64,000 nucleotides of DNA from Haliotis rubra (Eukaryota). Shown here one piece after another: positions 35,311 through 46,600 of the stretch. The position numbers and the translations under genes were made by a program. Every line of letters begins with the position of its first letter. Positions within the stretch are counted from its first letter, which is position 1. A model generated the notes under the pieces. That model ran no database searches. It saw only the letters and a list, made by a program, of their open reading frames with translations, and was not told the origin of the DNA. Location of the stretch: positions 2,418,001 to 2,482,000 of the forward strand of contig NW_025764891.1 in assembly GCF_003918875.1 (NCBI RefSeq), read 5' to 3'.

Positions 35311-37036
35311 CGTTGTGCCGTACTCTCCTCGACAGAAGAAAGCCACCACCCTTGCAGCCATTGACACAAGTAACGACAGTGTACCTCCATTAGATTTCTC
35401 CTTCTACAAACTGGCAAGTGTACAAGGCAAGTGTCTTAATTGATTCTCAGCCAACATTGTGTTCTGTCACTCTACATTGTACTGAAAATGATGTCTAGAA
35501 TCAAGTTACACACCAATTGTTACAGTTTCATGTTAATATTTTCACATTTTGCTAAACATGAACAATCGTTTTTTGTGTGGTCAATTCAGATGTTTATGAT
35601 GAGGAACCCCGTGCTGTAACCTGCAAGAAGGGTGAGTCAAGTCCCCGTGTGAGTAAAGAGAACAAGTCCAAGGCGCAGTGTCTCCGCCTCAACAACAACC
35701 AGCTGTCTGACATCAAGCTGCTGTTGGAGGTGACAGAAAGCCTGTTCACCAACCCTGGGGCTCTCGGCTGGATTGACTTATCTTTCAATGATCTTACTGT
35801 TATAGATCCTGTAAGTATTGGGTGTTATACAAGGGTAGATACACCCTCTGTCTTCAGTTGCATTGTATATCTATGTCTATCAGCATAAATGTTCTGGACC
35901 CATTCAGAAATTTCTCTTCCAGTGGTAGGAGAGATGGTGATGAAGCTATGTGATGAATGCTTGAATTTTGCTTAGTATGGCTTTTAATAAATAATTTAAA
36001 CCATTTTAAGATTAAAAAATACAAGCATGGAATAAGTTTGACAGTGTGGATTTTTCCAATAACAAACATTAACAAGGAATCTTTTGGATTTGTAACATAT
36101 TTGAAATTATGCATGATATCCCTGCATTTGGATAATTGGGGCGAACAAAAGACATCTTAGTTGATTTTCATTTACTTCTAGGTACTAACAGAGTTTGAGA
36201 ATTTAGAAATCCTGTATCTCCATGGCAACAATATAGCAAAGATCCAGGAGGTGGACAAACTGCAGAGTTTAAGAAGCTTGCGTAAACTGACTCTGCATGG
36301 CAACCCTGTCGAGGAGTTCAAGGTGAGTGAAATCTCAGCTGCACCACTTGTCAGACTGATCCAAACACCATATATGTGGTTAATCTATGCCTGACTTGCC
36401 TGAAAAACATAAATCACTTTCAGTTGTCAAAAGACAACTGTAGAATTTAATACTCCTTCATTATGTTTTGAGTAGTAGTTAAATAACTTATATACAACTT
36501 TATGGAATATATATAACTTTATATGAGTGTAAACATCAAGAGCAGAACAAATCCAGCTGACTGCAGTGTATTGTTATTCTCTTGTTTATATTTTGCTCAT
36601 GCTCAAGACAAGGTCTGAAGTTGGTTGTTCAGTGTACCATATTTTAAGAGTGAGTGAGTTTAGATTTACACTGCTTTTAGCAATACTCCAGCAATATCAC
36701 GGCAGGGGACACCAGAAATGGGCTTCACACATTGTGCACATGTAGGCCATATTTTAAGAAGAAATGCAGTCCACACAATCTCCTGAAAACATGTGGTGTT
36801 TGTTTGATTATGGCTGTGCAGTAATGTGGTATTTAACTCAGATAGTGTCATGTTGTATATGCTGACACAATTGCTGTCCATTTCAGGGTTACAAGCAATA
36901 CATCCTGTCTCTTATGCCCTGGCTCCTGGGACTTGACTTCTTCCGCATAACCAAAGCCGACCTGAAAACTGCTGAGACCTGGAACAAAATGAGCAACAAG
37001 GGCAAGCCGAAAAAGAAGTCAGATGCTGAAGATTAA
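35311..37036 (+). CDS. LRRC51: Leucine-rich repeat-containing protein 51; start-codon exon not located
   Basis: Exons 35311-35426 (..VPPLDFSFYKLASVQ, GC donor), 35590-35810 (DVYDEEPR..LRLNNNQL..LGWIDLSFNDLTVIDP), 36182-36322 (VLTEFENLEILYLHGNNI..LRKLTLHGNPVEEFK), 36887-37036 (GYKQYILSL..TKADLKTAETW..AED*). Collinear with recalled LRRC51 motifs PPLDYSF, EEPR, WIDLSFNDLTSIDPVL, LYLHGN, LTLHGNP, GYRQYV, TKADRTTAEVW. Confidence 0.9.
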
Positions 37037-38538
37037 ACCACATTCCCACCAGGTCTCATAACTCCAGTTTGTCTGTTCCCATGGTTACCTGTAAACAACA
37101 GGTGACTGGTTCATCGCTGTTGTCCATCCTGCTTATCAGGAGCACATGCCAAGATGACTGCAATGAATGAAGTTTACAGCGAGACTTCAGCTTCCGTCCA
37201 CTCGGTGAAGGTTGTTGTTTGAACTCCAGATCATTGATGTGCTAATTTGTCATTATGGATATATTTGTTGAATGCAAAATGTATTTGTTGAATGCAGATG
37301 ACCAGCAATAATGTTCATGATTAAAAGGCATTCCTCTTGTACATCAGCAAGATGATGTTAAATTGTTTAGTTTTATTATCTGATCTGTGAAATCACAGGA
37401 TAATGAACAGACTGGTCAGTCAAAATGTTTTTATGAGAAATGTTTTATGTATTTGTTTTTAACCATACTTCATTATTTTAGTTTGAATTATGATTTGTTT
37501 AGTTGTCAGTTGGTCAGAAAGTTACTGCAGTTCATGATAAATTGCACAGGCACATGGTTCATCAAACAAATACATTTCAGAAAAGCTAAAAATTGTTAAA
37601 GTGTGTTGTTTAGGTCTAATGTTCAAGAAATGTGTTTAATTCAAACCAAAAATCTGACCTTGTGATAAATAATGACACTGAATAAAGAACTAGATACATT
37701 CCATAATTTAAATTCCTTTGACTCCTGCGACCTGGGTATGGTTTCATTTTTTTGGGGGGGTGAATGTTCAATTGGAATTGATTGGAGATTATTAATGTAA
37801 GCTGGTCAGTCTTCGACCTACTGGTATATGATTTCTGGAGATGATTATGCAATGGGAACAATCAGCTATGATGTGATACATGTATTTTATTTATAGAAAT
37901 CCTTGTACATGTACCTTCTATTTCCTACGTGTTCCCAACTGTGTGTATCAATTACAATACTGGACCTTCCATCCCTGATCACTGTGGCACCTGTAGCCAG
38001 AAGTTAAGCATAACAGATGGCAGACAGTTTGGATGAAGAAATGAGAGAGTTGTTTGTAGCAAGTCTGCAAGCTCGACTTTTCCTGCTTATCTTTGAATAT
38101 CTACCTGTGACTGTCTGAATTTACTAAATAGTCATAAAATGTCTAGCATATGGTTTTGTTGTTGTTTGTCATCAGATGATTCAAGTTGTACTAGAGTTGT
38201 ACTAGAGCTTTCATCTACACGAACTACAACCAAAGGGCGCCCATATCTATAAAATCACAGATCGTCACCTAAAATCACAGATCGTTCACCATTTGCACAA
38301 GGTCACAGAAATGGTTTCACACCATGATGTACTTCTTGTCTCATTACATGCTGTTTGAGGAAACACATGCCCACCAACATAACATGAAAGTTGATTCAAA
38401 TACCATGCGAGAAATATGAATACATCCCTACTGATCTGAGAAAACATAACATAAAACCTGAAATTTTTCCTCATGCTATGTTGACATGAATTTCAGTGTA
38501 ATACATTGCATATCTCTGAGAAGCTTCAAATGTAAAAA

Positions 38539-38702
38539 GGGGCGGTGGTGTATCCTAGAGATTAAAGCGTTCGCTCTTCTCGCCGAAGACCCGGGTTCTA
38601 TTCCCCACATGGGTACAATGTGTGAAGCCCATTTCTGGTGTCCCCTGCCGTGATATTGCTGGAATATTGCAAAAGGCGGCATAAAACCATATTCACTCAC
38701 TC
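38539..38702 (+). mobile_element. Family A SINE
   Basis: Matches the family A consensus from head to (ACTC)n tail. Confidence 0.85.
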
Positions 38703-40114
38703 AAATGAAAAATATGTCTAAAGCAGTGAGCCTTTAATACAAAATCCCATGCCTCCAGTTAGCTTTCTGAGCGGGTTACAGGTACTTCCATTTAATGGAA
38801 AAGCATGCCAGAAATCAGGGCAACTTAAAATCAGAAATCCTTTAGCTGTATGGACTTATATTTACAACTTAACTGTGTACACTGTTTGAAGTCTGTGTCC
38901 CTGGTTGGTATGTGCCTGGAATGTTGCATAATGTGGTATAAAATTAGGCCCTCACTCGCTGTAAGGGAAACCACTTCTAATGCTCAACTTATAGATAAGG
39001 TTTCACCTTAAGCTACACTTGAGACAGGTACAAGTATGTACATTGAGAATAATGACCTAGACCCCCAATTTCACTTATGGTTACTAGTGTTTCTGTTTGT
39101 GAACACCTCTCACAAACATGTTCAAGGTAAGACATGATTACAAGGTCCTTAGAGAAGTGAGAATGGAGAATTATTTGGGGGTTTCAACAACATTACGTGA
39201 CCCATCATGTTGATTGGTTGGTTTGGGGTTTTTATCACTGCAATCTTCCAGCTATAGGTTGTGGTCTGTAAATAATCGAATTTGGACCAGGCAATCCAGT
39301 GATCAATAGCATGATCATTTACCTATGCAATTGGGATATAATGACATGTGTCGATTAAGTCAGCAAGCCTGAGTACCTGATCCTATTTCAAGCAAGAATG
39401 AGTGAGTGGGGAAGATCAGCTTAATGTCTGAGGCAAGTCCTAAGTGATGTGATACTCAAAGGGCTAAAATCTCAGTCAGCTGATTCTGGCACACCTAAGG
39501 GACAGAACTCTGCACAGCAAATTACAATATAAAGGACTGGGCATCCTGTGTTCCAAACACCTGAAGGCGATAAAACAGTTGTACTTATGATTTGCCCAAA
39601 GATGTCCAAGCACTGCAAAGTTGAATATAAAAAAACAGTAGAAGCAGAGGAAATACTTTTTATTCTTGCACAGATATCTCATAGCTGTACAAATGTGAAA
39701 TTGAGAGGAACTTCACTGACACTGATATGAAGGGCTTTACAGTCTACATATAGCACCTTTGCAGCTGCACTGATCATACCAGTAACCTTGTGCATGTTAT
39801 GTTGTAGAAATCTGTTATTATAGTCCATGAATCTCCTTCGTACACAGGAGTGAGTTGGGTTCAACACTGCCTCAAACAGTATTCCAGCTATATCACAGCA
39901 TGTCAGCTTAACGTATGAAAATACAAACTGATGCAGGTTTCTGACTTTCAAAACTTATGACAAACCCACAAGCATGAGTATGGTGCTGACAAACCTAGAA
40001 TATGGGGTTCGAACCCAGAATGTGACGTGTCCATGGTTTGCAATTCTGCACAGTGAAATGTTTCACCTTAAACAAGTAAGCCCCCATGAGTAACCATCCA
40101 CTACCCACTTCAGA

Positions 40115-40279
40115 CTGACTGACTGAGTTTAGTTTTACGCCGCTTTTAGCTATATTCCAGCAATATCACGGCAGGGGACACCAGAAATGGGCTTAACATA
40201 TTGTGCCCATGTGGGGAATCGAACCCGGGTCTTCGACGTGACGAGCCAATGCTTTAACCACTAGGCTACCCCACCACCC
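40115..40279 (-). mobile_element. Family A SINE, (AGTC)n tail
   Basis: TSD ctacccacttcaga at 40101-40114 and 40280-40293. Confidence 0.9.
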
Positions 40280-40782
40280 CTACCCACTTCAGATGTTAAA
40301 GATGGAGAAGGATGGAGTATGGACGCTTCTTGTGCCCTGGAATCACCACAGACGTACATAATGTGGCCCTCGTGACAAACCACAGGTGAAGATAACTGAT
40401 GTTAATCTCATAATACTTGTAGGCTGTGACAAATGTCTGAACACTCAGAACAGTTTCAACCATCTTCTTCAGGAGCTCAGTTCTTATCCTGCAGATACAA
40501 CTTCCACTGTCCTGAAGGAGGGACGGAACAACTCTACCCAGGCTGTATAGCCTTGTGACTAAAATCCACATTTCAATCTGAAATCAGAATTAAAATGTGA
40601 TTAACTATTTTCAAGACAGAAAATTGACACTGTCAAACATTGTACAGTCATAAGAAAAATACAACTGCAATATGAGATGGCTTATCATACAGTGAGACAC
40701 ACACTTGTTCACTTGTCTGAGTGAACTTTCTAGACTACTTGGTCGTTGTTTTCTCCTTTACACTATCGCTTGTTTGATATGA

Positions 40783-40948
40783 CTGACTGACTGAGTTTAG
40801 TTTTACGCCGCTTTTAGCAATATTCCAGCAATATCACGGCGGGGGACACCAGAAATGGGCTTAACACATTGTGCCCATGTGGGGAATCGAACCCGGGTCT
40901 TCGGCGTGACGAGCCAACGCTTTAACCACTAGGCTACCCCACCGCCCC
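40783..40948 (-). mobile_element. Family A SINE, (AGTC)n tail
   Basis: TSD cttgtttgatatga at 40769-40782 and 40949-40962. Confidence 0.9.
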
Positions 40949-41034
40949 CTTGTTTGATATGAGCTACAGATTAGTTGGATATGACCCCACGGTGTCCACA
41001 CTTGTTAAAATAATAATAGAAATTAAGGGAATCT

Positions 41035-41246
41035 GGTTTGGTTTGTTGCACTCTGCTATATAGTGGTGGTCTGTAAATAATCGTGTCTGGACCAGACAAT
41101 CCAGTGATCAACACCATGAGCATCAATCTTCACAATTGGGATATGTGTCAACCAAGACAGCAAGTCTGACCACCTGATCACGTTAGTCGCCTCTTACAAC
41201 AAGCATGAGTTAATGAACACCAATTCTAACCCGAATCTTCATGGGT
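41035..41246 (-). mobile_element. Family B element, diverged
   Basis: Homologous to 18656-18933. Confidence 0.8.
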
Positions 41247-41436
41247 GTAAGGGACATTGAGTCTTAGGGGGTTGATGGTAAAATGTTCCATAATTTTATT
41301 CCAACTACTTACTAAACAAAGACATATAACATAATGGGCAATGACAGCGAAATCATTCAATTCTACATTTCTAGGATTGAATAGAAATTTGTATGAAAAT
41401 ACACATCAGTAATTTCAGAGTTATAGAAGTACATAT

Positions 41437-43426
41437 CTACAAATCATTTGCTTTGTCACACATACATGTGCTTGCATCATCAGCTGAATCCCTGTCATCC
41501 ATCATGTCGGTGTCCATGCCATCATCGTTGGTGTCACTGTCATCATCATCATCACCCTCGTCATCCTCTTCTTCGTCATCGTCATCATCTAGATGCTACA
41601 AGTGACACCTTCCATATATTATGATACATGGAAACAAAACAATCAATGCAGTATTCAACAATGAAATTAAGATATTCAAACAAACTTTATTCTGTAAAAT
41701 CAATTTAATGACACTGAGTGAGTTTGGGTACACACAGCTTTCAACAATATTCCAGCAATATGACAGTCAAATCTGCTCTTCATTTTGGGCCTAGGAGTAT
41801 CAAACCAGATGAGTGATCTCTTGAACTACTTGGCTAAGTCGCTGTCCGTTAGTTTGAGTACTCTCTACATGCTGTTACACTACAGCAAGCCGAGTTAAAA
41901 TTTATCATCATATTGGCAGTATGTCTGCCATCTAGTGACGGGCGATTACATTAGATTATTTTCCATAATAATATTCCTTTTTGGAGGCATAGAAATCAGA
42001 CAATTTGTACAAAGAGTTTGCAAGGGTTGATACGGAATGGCTGATTAGAAAGTTCACCTGACAGTGACATGACCTCTTGGAGGTCCTCAGATCTTCATGC
42101 ATATGTGCAAGAAGATAACAGTTCTACACATCCTATCATAAACTGCAAAATACCCACCTCTGACGTCTTTCCTATTGGCACAATGTTGTTGTCTTTGTCA
42201 GCTATACTTTGATGCTAAAAAGTTAAAAACAGCGCATGGTAACAAGAGCGGAGTGGAGTGCGTGTGTGAAGTGAGTGAGTGAGAGAGACATCTGGTACAG
42301 ATACTTTGAAATTCAGCAATAGACCATCATCAATACTTCAGTTTTGAATGCACTTGATTCCTTTCTCATCGAAGACTATATACAGCCTTTTGCAGTTTAT
42401 TCACTATTTGTAACCAACAAATCAAGCCACATCCTAGTGTCAGCAAAAGGTATATATATCATGGATTTATATTAAATATTCATTATATCAACTCATTAAA
42501 AGAGATGATATATCAAACCAATATCCCAAAGTTCTGCACCCAAAAATAGCACAACACCAATTTCAGTCAAAATCAAATTTGTTGCCATGGAAAAGCAAAA
42601 AGTATTTTATTCAGATATCCAAAACTACCAAAAGGCACCAGTTCACCAACAGACATATCTTTGTGCCAAGTTTGGTGAAGAAATATTGAACGTTTGTTTA
42701 TATTGTGCCATACTCTGATGAATTTGCACGGAGTGCCGGACGCACGGACGGAGTCCATTATAATTGCTTATTGATTTATTAGCTGATGCTCTACCTATGG
42801 ACCACAAAAGCAATCAGTGCATTGTTAGTCAAAATATTCATTGTTACGGGCAGATGTCTTTCCGAATACACTACTCAACACAGTGAGTGAGTTTAGTTTT
42901 ACGCTGCTTTCAGCAATATTGCAGCAATGTCACAGCAGGAGACACCAGAAATGAGCTTCACACATTGTACCCATGTAGTGAATCGTGCCCTAACTTAAAT
43001 TTTGGACTTTTAATCCTTTTGTGAGTTCTCTAGTTATTGTTGTGTTAAGTTTTGTTTATAATTCTAGAATATTTATACATATTATTTGGGATGGAGGAGC
43101 GGGAGGAACTCTTACCGACGAGCGTACGATTTAACCACTCAGCCACCCCAGCGACCTTACTTAACAAAGTGACAGCTCAGCTACAAAATCCTTGAATCCT
43201 TTGAGCAATCGAAAACACTAATTGTCTAATGTTAATAATATTGTTATGTGATCAAGTTATGCACTCTTGGTCTGAAGTGTGTCCATAAGTACATCGAACC
43301 CACCCATGACTGGTATTCTTCTTCTAATTTTGACAGTTCATTTTCATCATCACATGGCTTATCAACAGTGAACCATAACTTGTCAACTTCTCTCGGAGCA
43401 AGAGATGGGAACAAGGGAGCAGACAT
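41437..43426 (-). CDS. ANAPC15: Anaphase-promoting complex subunit 15
   Basis: Exons 43426-43304 (MSAPLFPSLAPREVDKLWFTVDKPCDDENELSKLEEEYQSW), 42214-42158 (HQSIADKDNNIVPIGKTSE), and from 41595 (HLDDDDDEEEDDEGDDDD.. acidic tail). Matches recalled APC15 (LFPSLFPR..LWF.LDRPC..W LQSIAEKDNNLVPIGK, then D/E tract). The 3' end is uncertain: read-through stop at 41437-41439, or splicing to an acceptor at about 40578. Confidence 0.9.
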
Positions 43427-43699
43427 TTTGTAAACTTTTCAAATTGTCAGCATCAGTTTCGAATTAATGAGAAACTCACATTGATATGTAGTATTGTTAC
43501 TAACTGGGACATAATACTCTAATTAACATTTATATCAAATATTCGTGTAAAATATATTGTGTATCGGTAAGAATTTTATACGGTAAAATATCATAGCAAA
43601 GGGAGAATACCAACTTTGCATAACATTGAAATCAACTTCCGTTTCCGGTGTTGATCCACACGTGCAATGTTTTGAGATATTTGTTCGGGAACAGCCAAG
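43427..43699. promoter_or_regulatory. Bidirectional promoter between ANAPC15 and SDAD1
   Basis: The two start codons diverge with 273 bp between them. The interval has tandem ETS-type cores ACTTCCGTTTCCGG (43635-43648) and an E-box CACGTG (43659-43664). Confidence 0.7.
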
Positions 43700-46600
43700 A
43701 TGACAGATCGAAATCGGAATAAATTACCAACCAATCTTCCACAGCTTCAGAATCTTATCAAAAGAGATTCTGAATCTTACAAAGATGAAGTAAGAATTAA
43801 CAAGACTGTCATTTATCTAACTACAGAAATATAAGCTTATAAACGACCAGGTGGCTATGATAATATTTCAGGTTCTTGTTGACGAATGATTTAGCAACAA
43901 CATTTGTCCACGGAGCCTTTAGAAACGTTGTCTTTGATATGATTATCAAATGTATAATGTTTTCATCATTGTTTGAAACTAAGCGTATCCCAATGCGTAG
44001 ATCGATGTTCATGCTGTTGATCACTGGATTGTCTGGTCTCGATTATTTACAGACCGCCGCTTTATAGCTGGAATATTGCTGAGTGCAGCGTAGAAACTAA
44101 ACTCACTCAGTCACTCATTGTTTGAAATTGCAATCCTTGGAAACATTTTGGAAAGCTTTTTTTTTATCATTCTATGCCTAAGAATAGTTGTTTTTTATAA
44201 CAAAAACCTAACCCTAAACCTAAACCCTCGAAATAATCCTAATAAATAGAATACATTTCAAGTGGGGGTCATGGGTGGAATTCTTACCCAATCCTTTTGC
44301 TTAAGTACACTTATCCAGTAGTGAGTGTAATGGAGAAAATTATTCTGCCTGTCAGGTTTTTGAAAATACCTACATATTAAGCAAGCAGCTATATAAACAG
44401 TAGTCAGTAAAGCTGTATGGTGTCTGTTGCAGTATGGTTACAATGATTTGGTTCTTTGCTTGTCAAATAATTTCTTCTATACTTATATTGTTATTGTTAT
44501 GTTTCAAGATTACAAGGGCCAAATCCTAAACAAACCTTCAAAGCAACCTCACTGAAGTAAAAGGTATATCAGTGTGTGAGTTTAGTTAATGTCCTTTTCA
44601 ACTCTTCCAGTTTGATGTTGAGGGCAAGGGAGACATGATGCAGGCTTTAGATTTTCAGCATTTCAGATAAACTCAGGTGCATGGGAATGGCCAAAAGCTA
44701 ATGACATATCTTTTGTATTTTCAGTTTCTGCAGCAGTACCGACACTATCAATCAAATCTGCAGCTGTTCCAGCTAAAACCATCAGCGTTTTCTAAAACCT
44801 TAGAAGAACTGTTGATATTTCTGGCACAGGTGGGTAACTTCTTTTAGTGGCATAGAGAAGTTGGTGTGATAAACAAGGGAGATAGTTCTATGGATATGCA
44901 AGTTCTTTATTGCAGTATTTACGACATTTTGGTGTAGATACTAACACTGTTGGCACTTGCTTGATAATGGTGTAAGCTCTAACCACTGAACCATGGAAGC
45001 TGTCTTCAGGGGTTAGACTTGGAGAATTGTTTCATTATATGTAATCCCAATTCATGATCCCATGTTCATGATGCTGGCTGAGTGAATGAATGCTTGCGAT
45101 GACAATCACTGGATTATCTTTTCTTTTCCAAACTTGATTATTTGCGTTTGGCATTATCAACATTGAAGATAGGTACCCAAGTTGCCCTGAGTCAGGAATT
45201 TACAGGCTGCCATAATAGAGCTAGAATATTGCTCACAGCAGTGTGAACCAACATTCTTTTCTTATTGTGATACTGTCCATTGTAACAGCTTAATGACAGC
45301 CTGCTTTGAACTTGATTGTTCAACGATGTGCTCTCATGATTCATGAAAATAGATTAATAATTTAGAGAAATTAAATTTAAAGGAACCTTTCATATTGATT
45401 GCCATGAATAATTGAAATGAATGTATCAAGAGGTCTGAAGAAGGATTATCATGATTATTAGGATGTATCAATATTTAATCATATCTATTTGTCTGATGAC
45501 ACCAGGTGTCCCACTGTTACCCTGCCGACCTGTCCGAGTTTCCCCAGCAGTTGCGAGACCTCCTACACAGACATGCCACAGCACTGGACCCAACAATGAG
45601 ACTGGTAATGGCAGTTCTTCTATCCATGGTTTGTTAGCAGCATTCTTGTGGGTTTCAGCCAAGCATTCTGCAGCATCATAGATCGATGCTCATGCCGTTG
45701 ATGACTAGATTGTCTGGTCCAGAAATGATTATTTACAGACCTCCGCCATATCGCTGAAACATTGTTGAGTGCGGCGTTAAACAACAAACCAACCAACCAC
45801 ATCAGGTGAACCCTGATAGACCTTTGACTTCCCAATTTACATGAACATGATGAAGGAAGTGTAGTTCTTGGGCCAATCAGATGTCAGCTTTCTAACATGA
45901 TTAGGTTTCATTAGGGTTCCACCTTGATTATTTATTTTAACAAACAACTAAGGGGTGGTGGGGTCATTACGCCGAAGACATTAAATCCCCTCATTGGCAC
46001 AATGTGTGAAGCCCATTTCTAGTGTCTCTTGCTATGATATTGCTGGAATATTGCCAAAAGTGACGTAAAATTGTATTCACTCTCCAGCATACAACCAAAA
46101 TATTTCTTCAAAGATACTTTGTAAAATGCCATGGTGCTTAGATACATGCTTTAGTATCAACAGCAATATATTCTTAGATACAACATATCCAAGTTAGTAA
46201 TGGTGCTGAAGTTTCTTTACACATGGAACAAGCTGGTTCATTTCTTTCTCAAGAATCACTCACAATCACCTGAAGGATTGGATTAATATATCTAATGTCT
46301 CAACAAATAAGCTGCACAAATGTAGTTGTGGTGGATAGTGGTTACTTGAGACAATTGTGCCAGTTGTAATGAAAAAACGTATGTAAAACCAGACATTTAA
46401 GAGATAACATATTAAGATACCATACTTAATGGGACTATGAATATGATGTTGTCTTGAAGATGCCATGTCTTCATTTATATGACTGTGTTTGTGTCTGCAG
46501 TCAATGGTGAAGTCCCTGATCCTTTTACGAAACAAAGGCTTGATACCAGCAACCAGCATCCTGGAACTGTTTTTTGGACTGTTCCGTTGTCAAGACAAGC

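Noticed and set aside
38017-38118. 33-aa ORF MADSLDEEMRELFVASLQARLFLLIFEYLPVTV
   Set aside because: No recognisable homology or gene context, and its length is within chance expectation.
37036-41437. LAMTOR1 or TOMT exons expected from human synteny
   Set aside because: No MGCC-type N-terminus or methyltransferase-like exon was recognisable. The interval is UTR-like sequence and SINEs. tBLASTn would be needed to exclude tiny exons.
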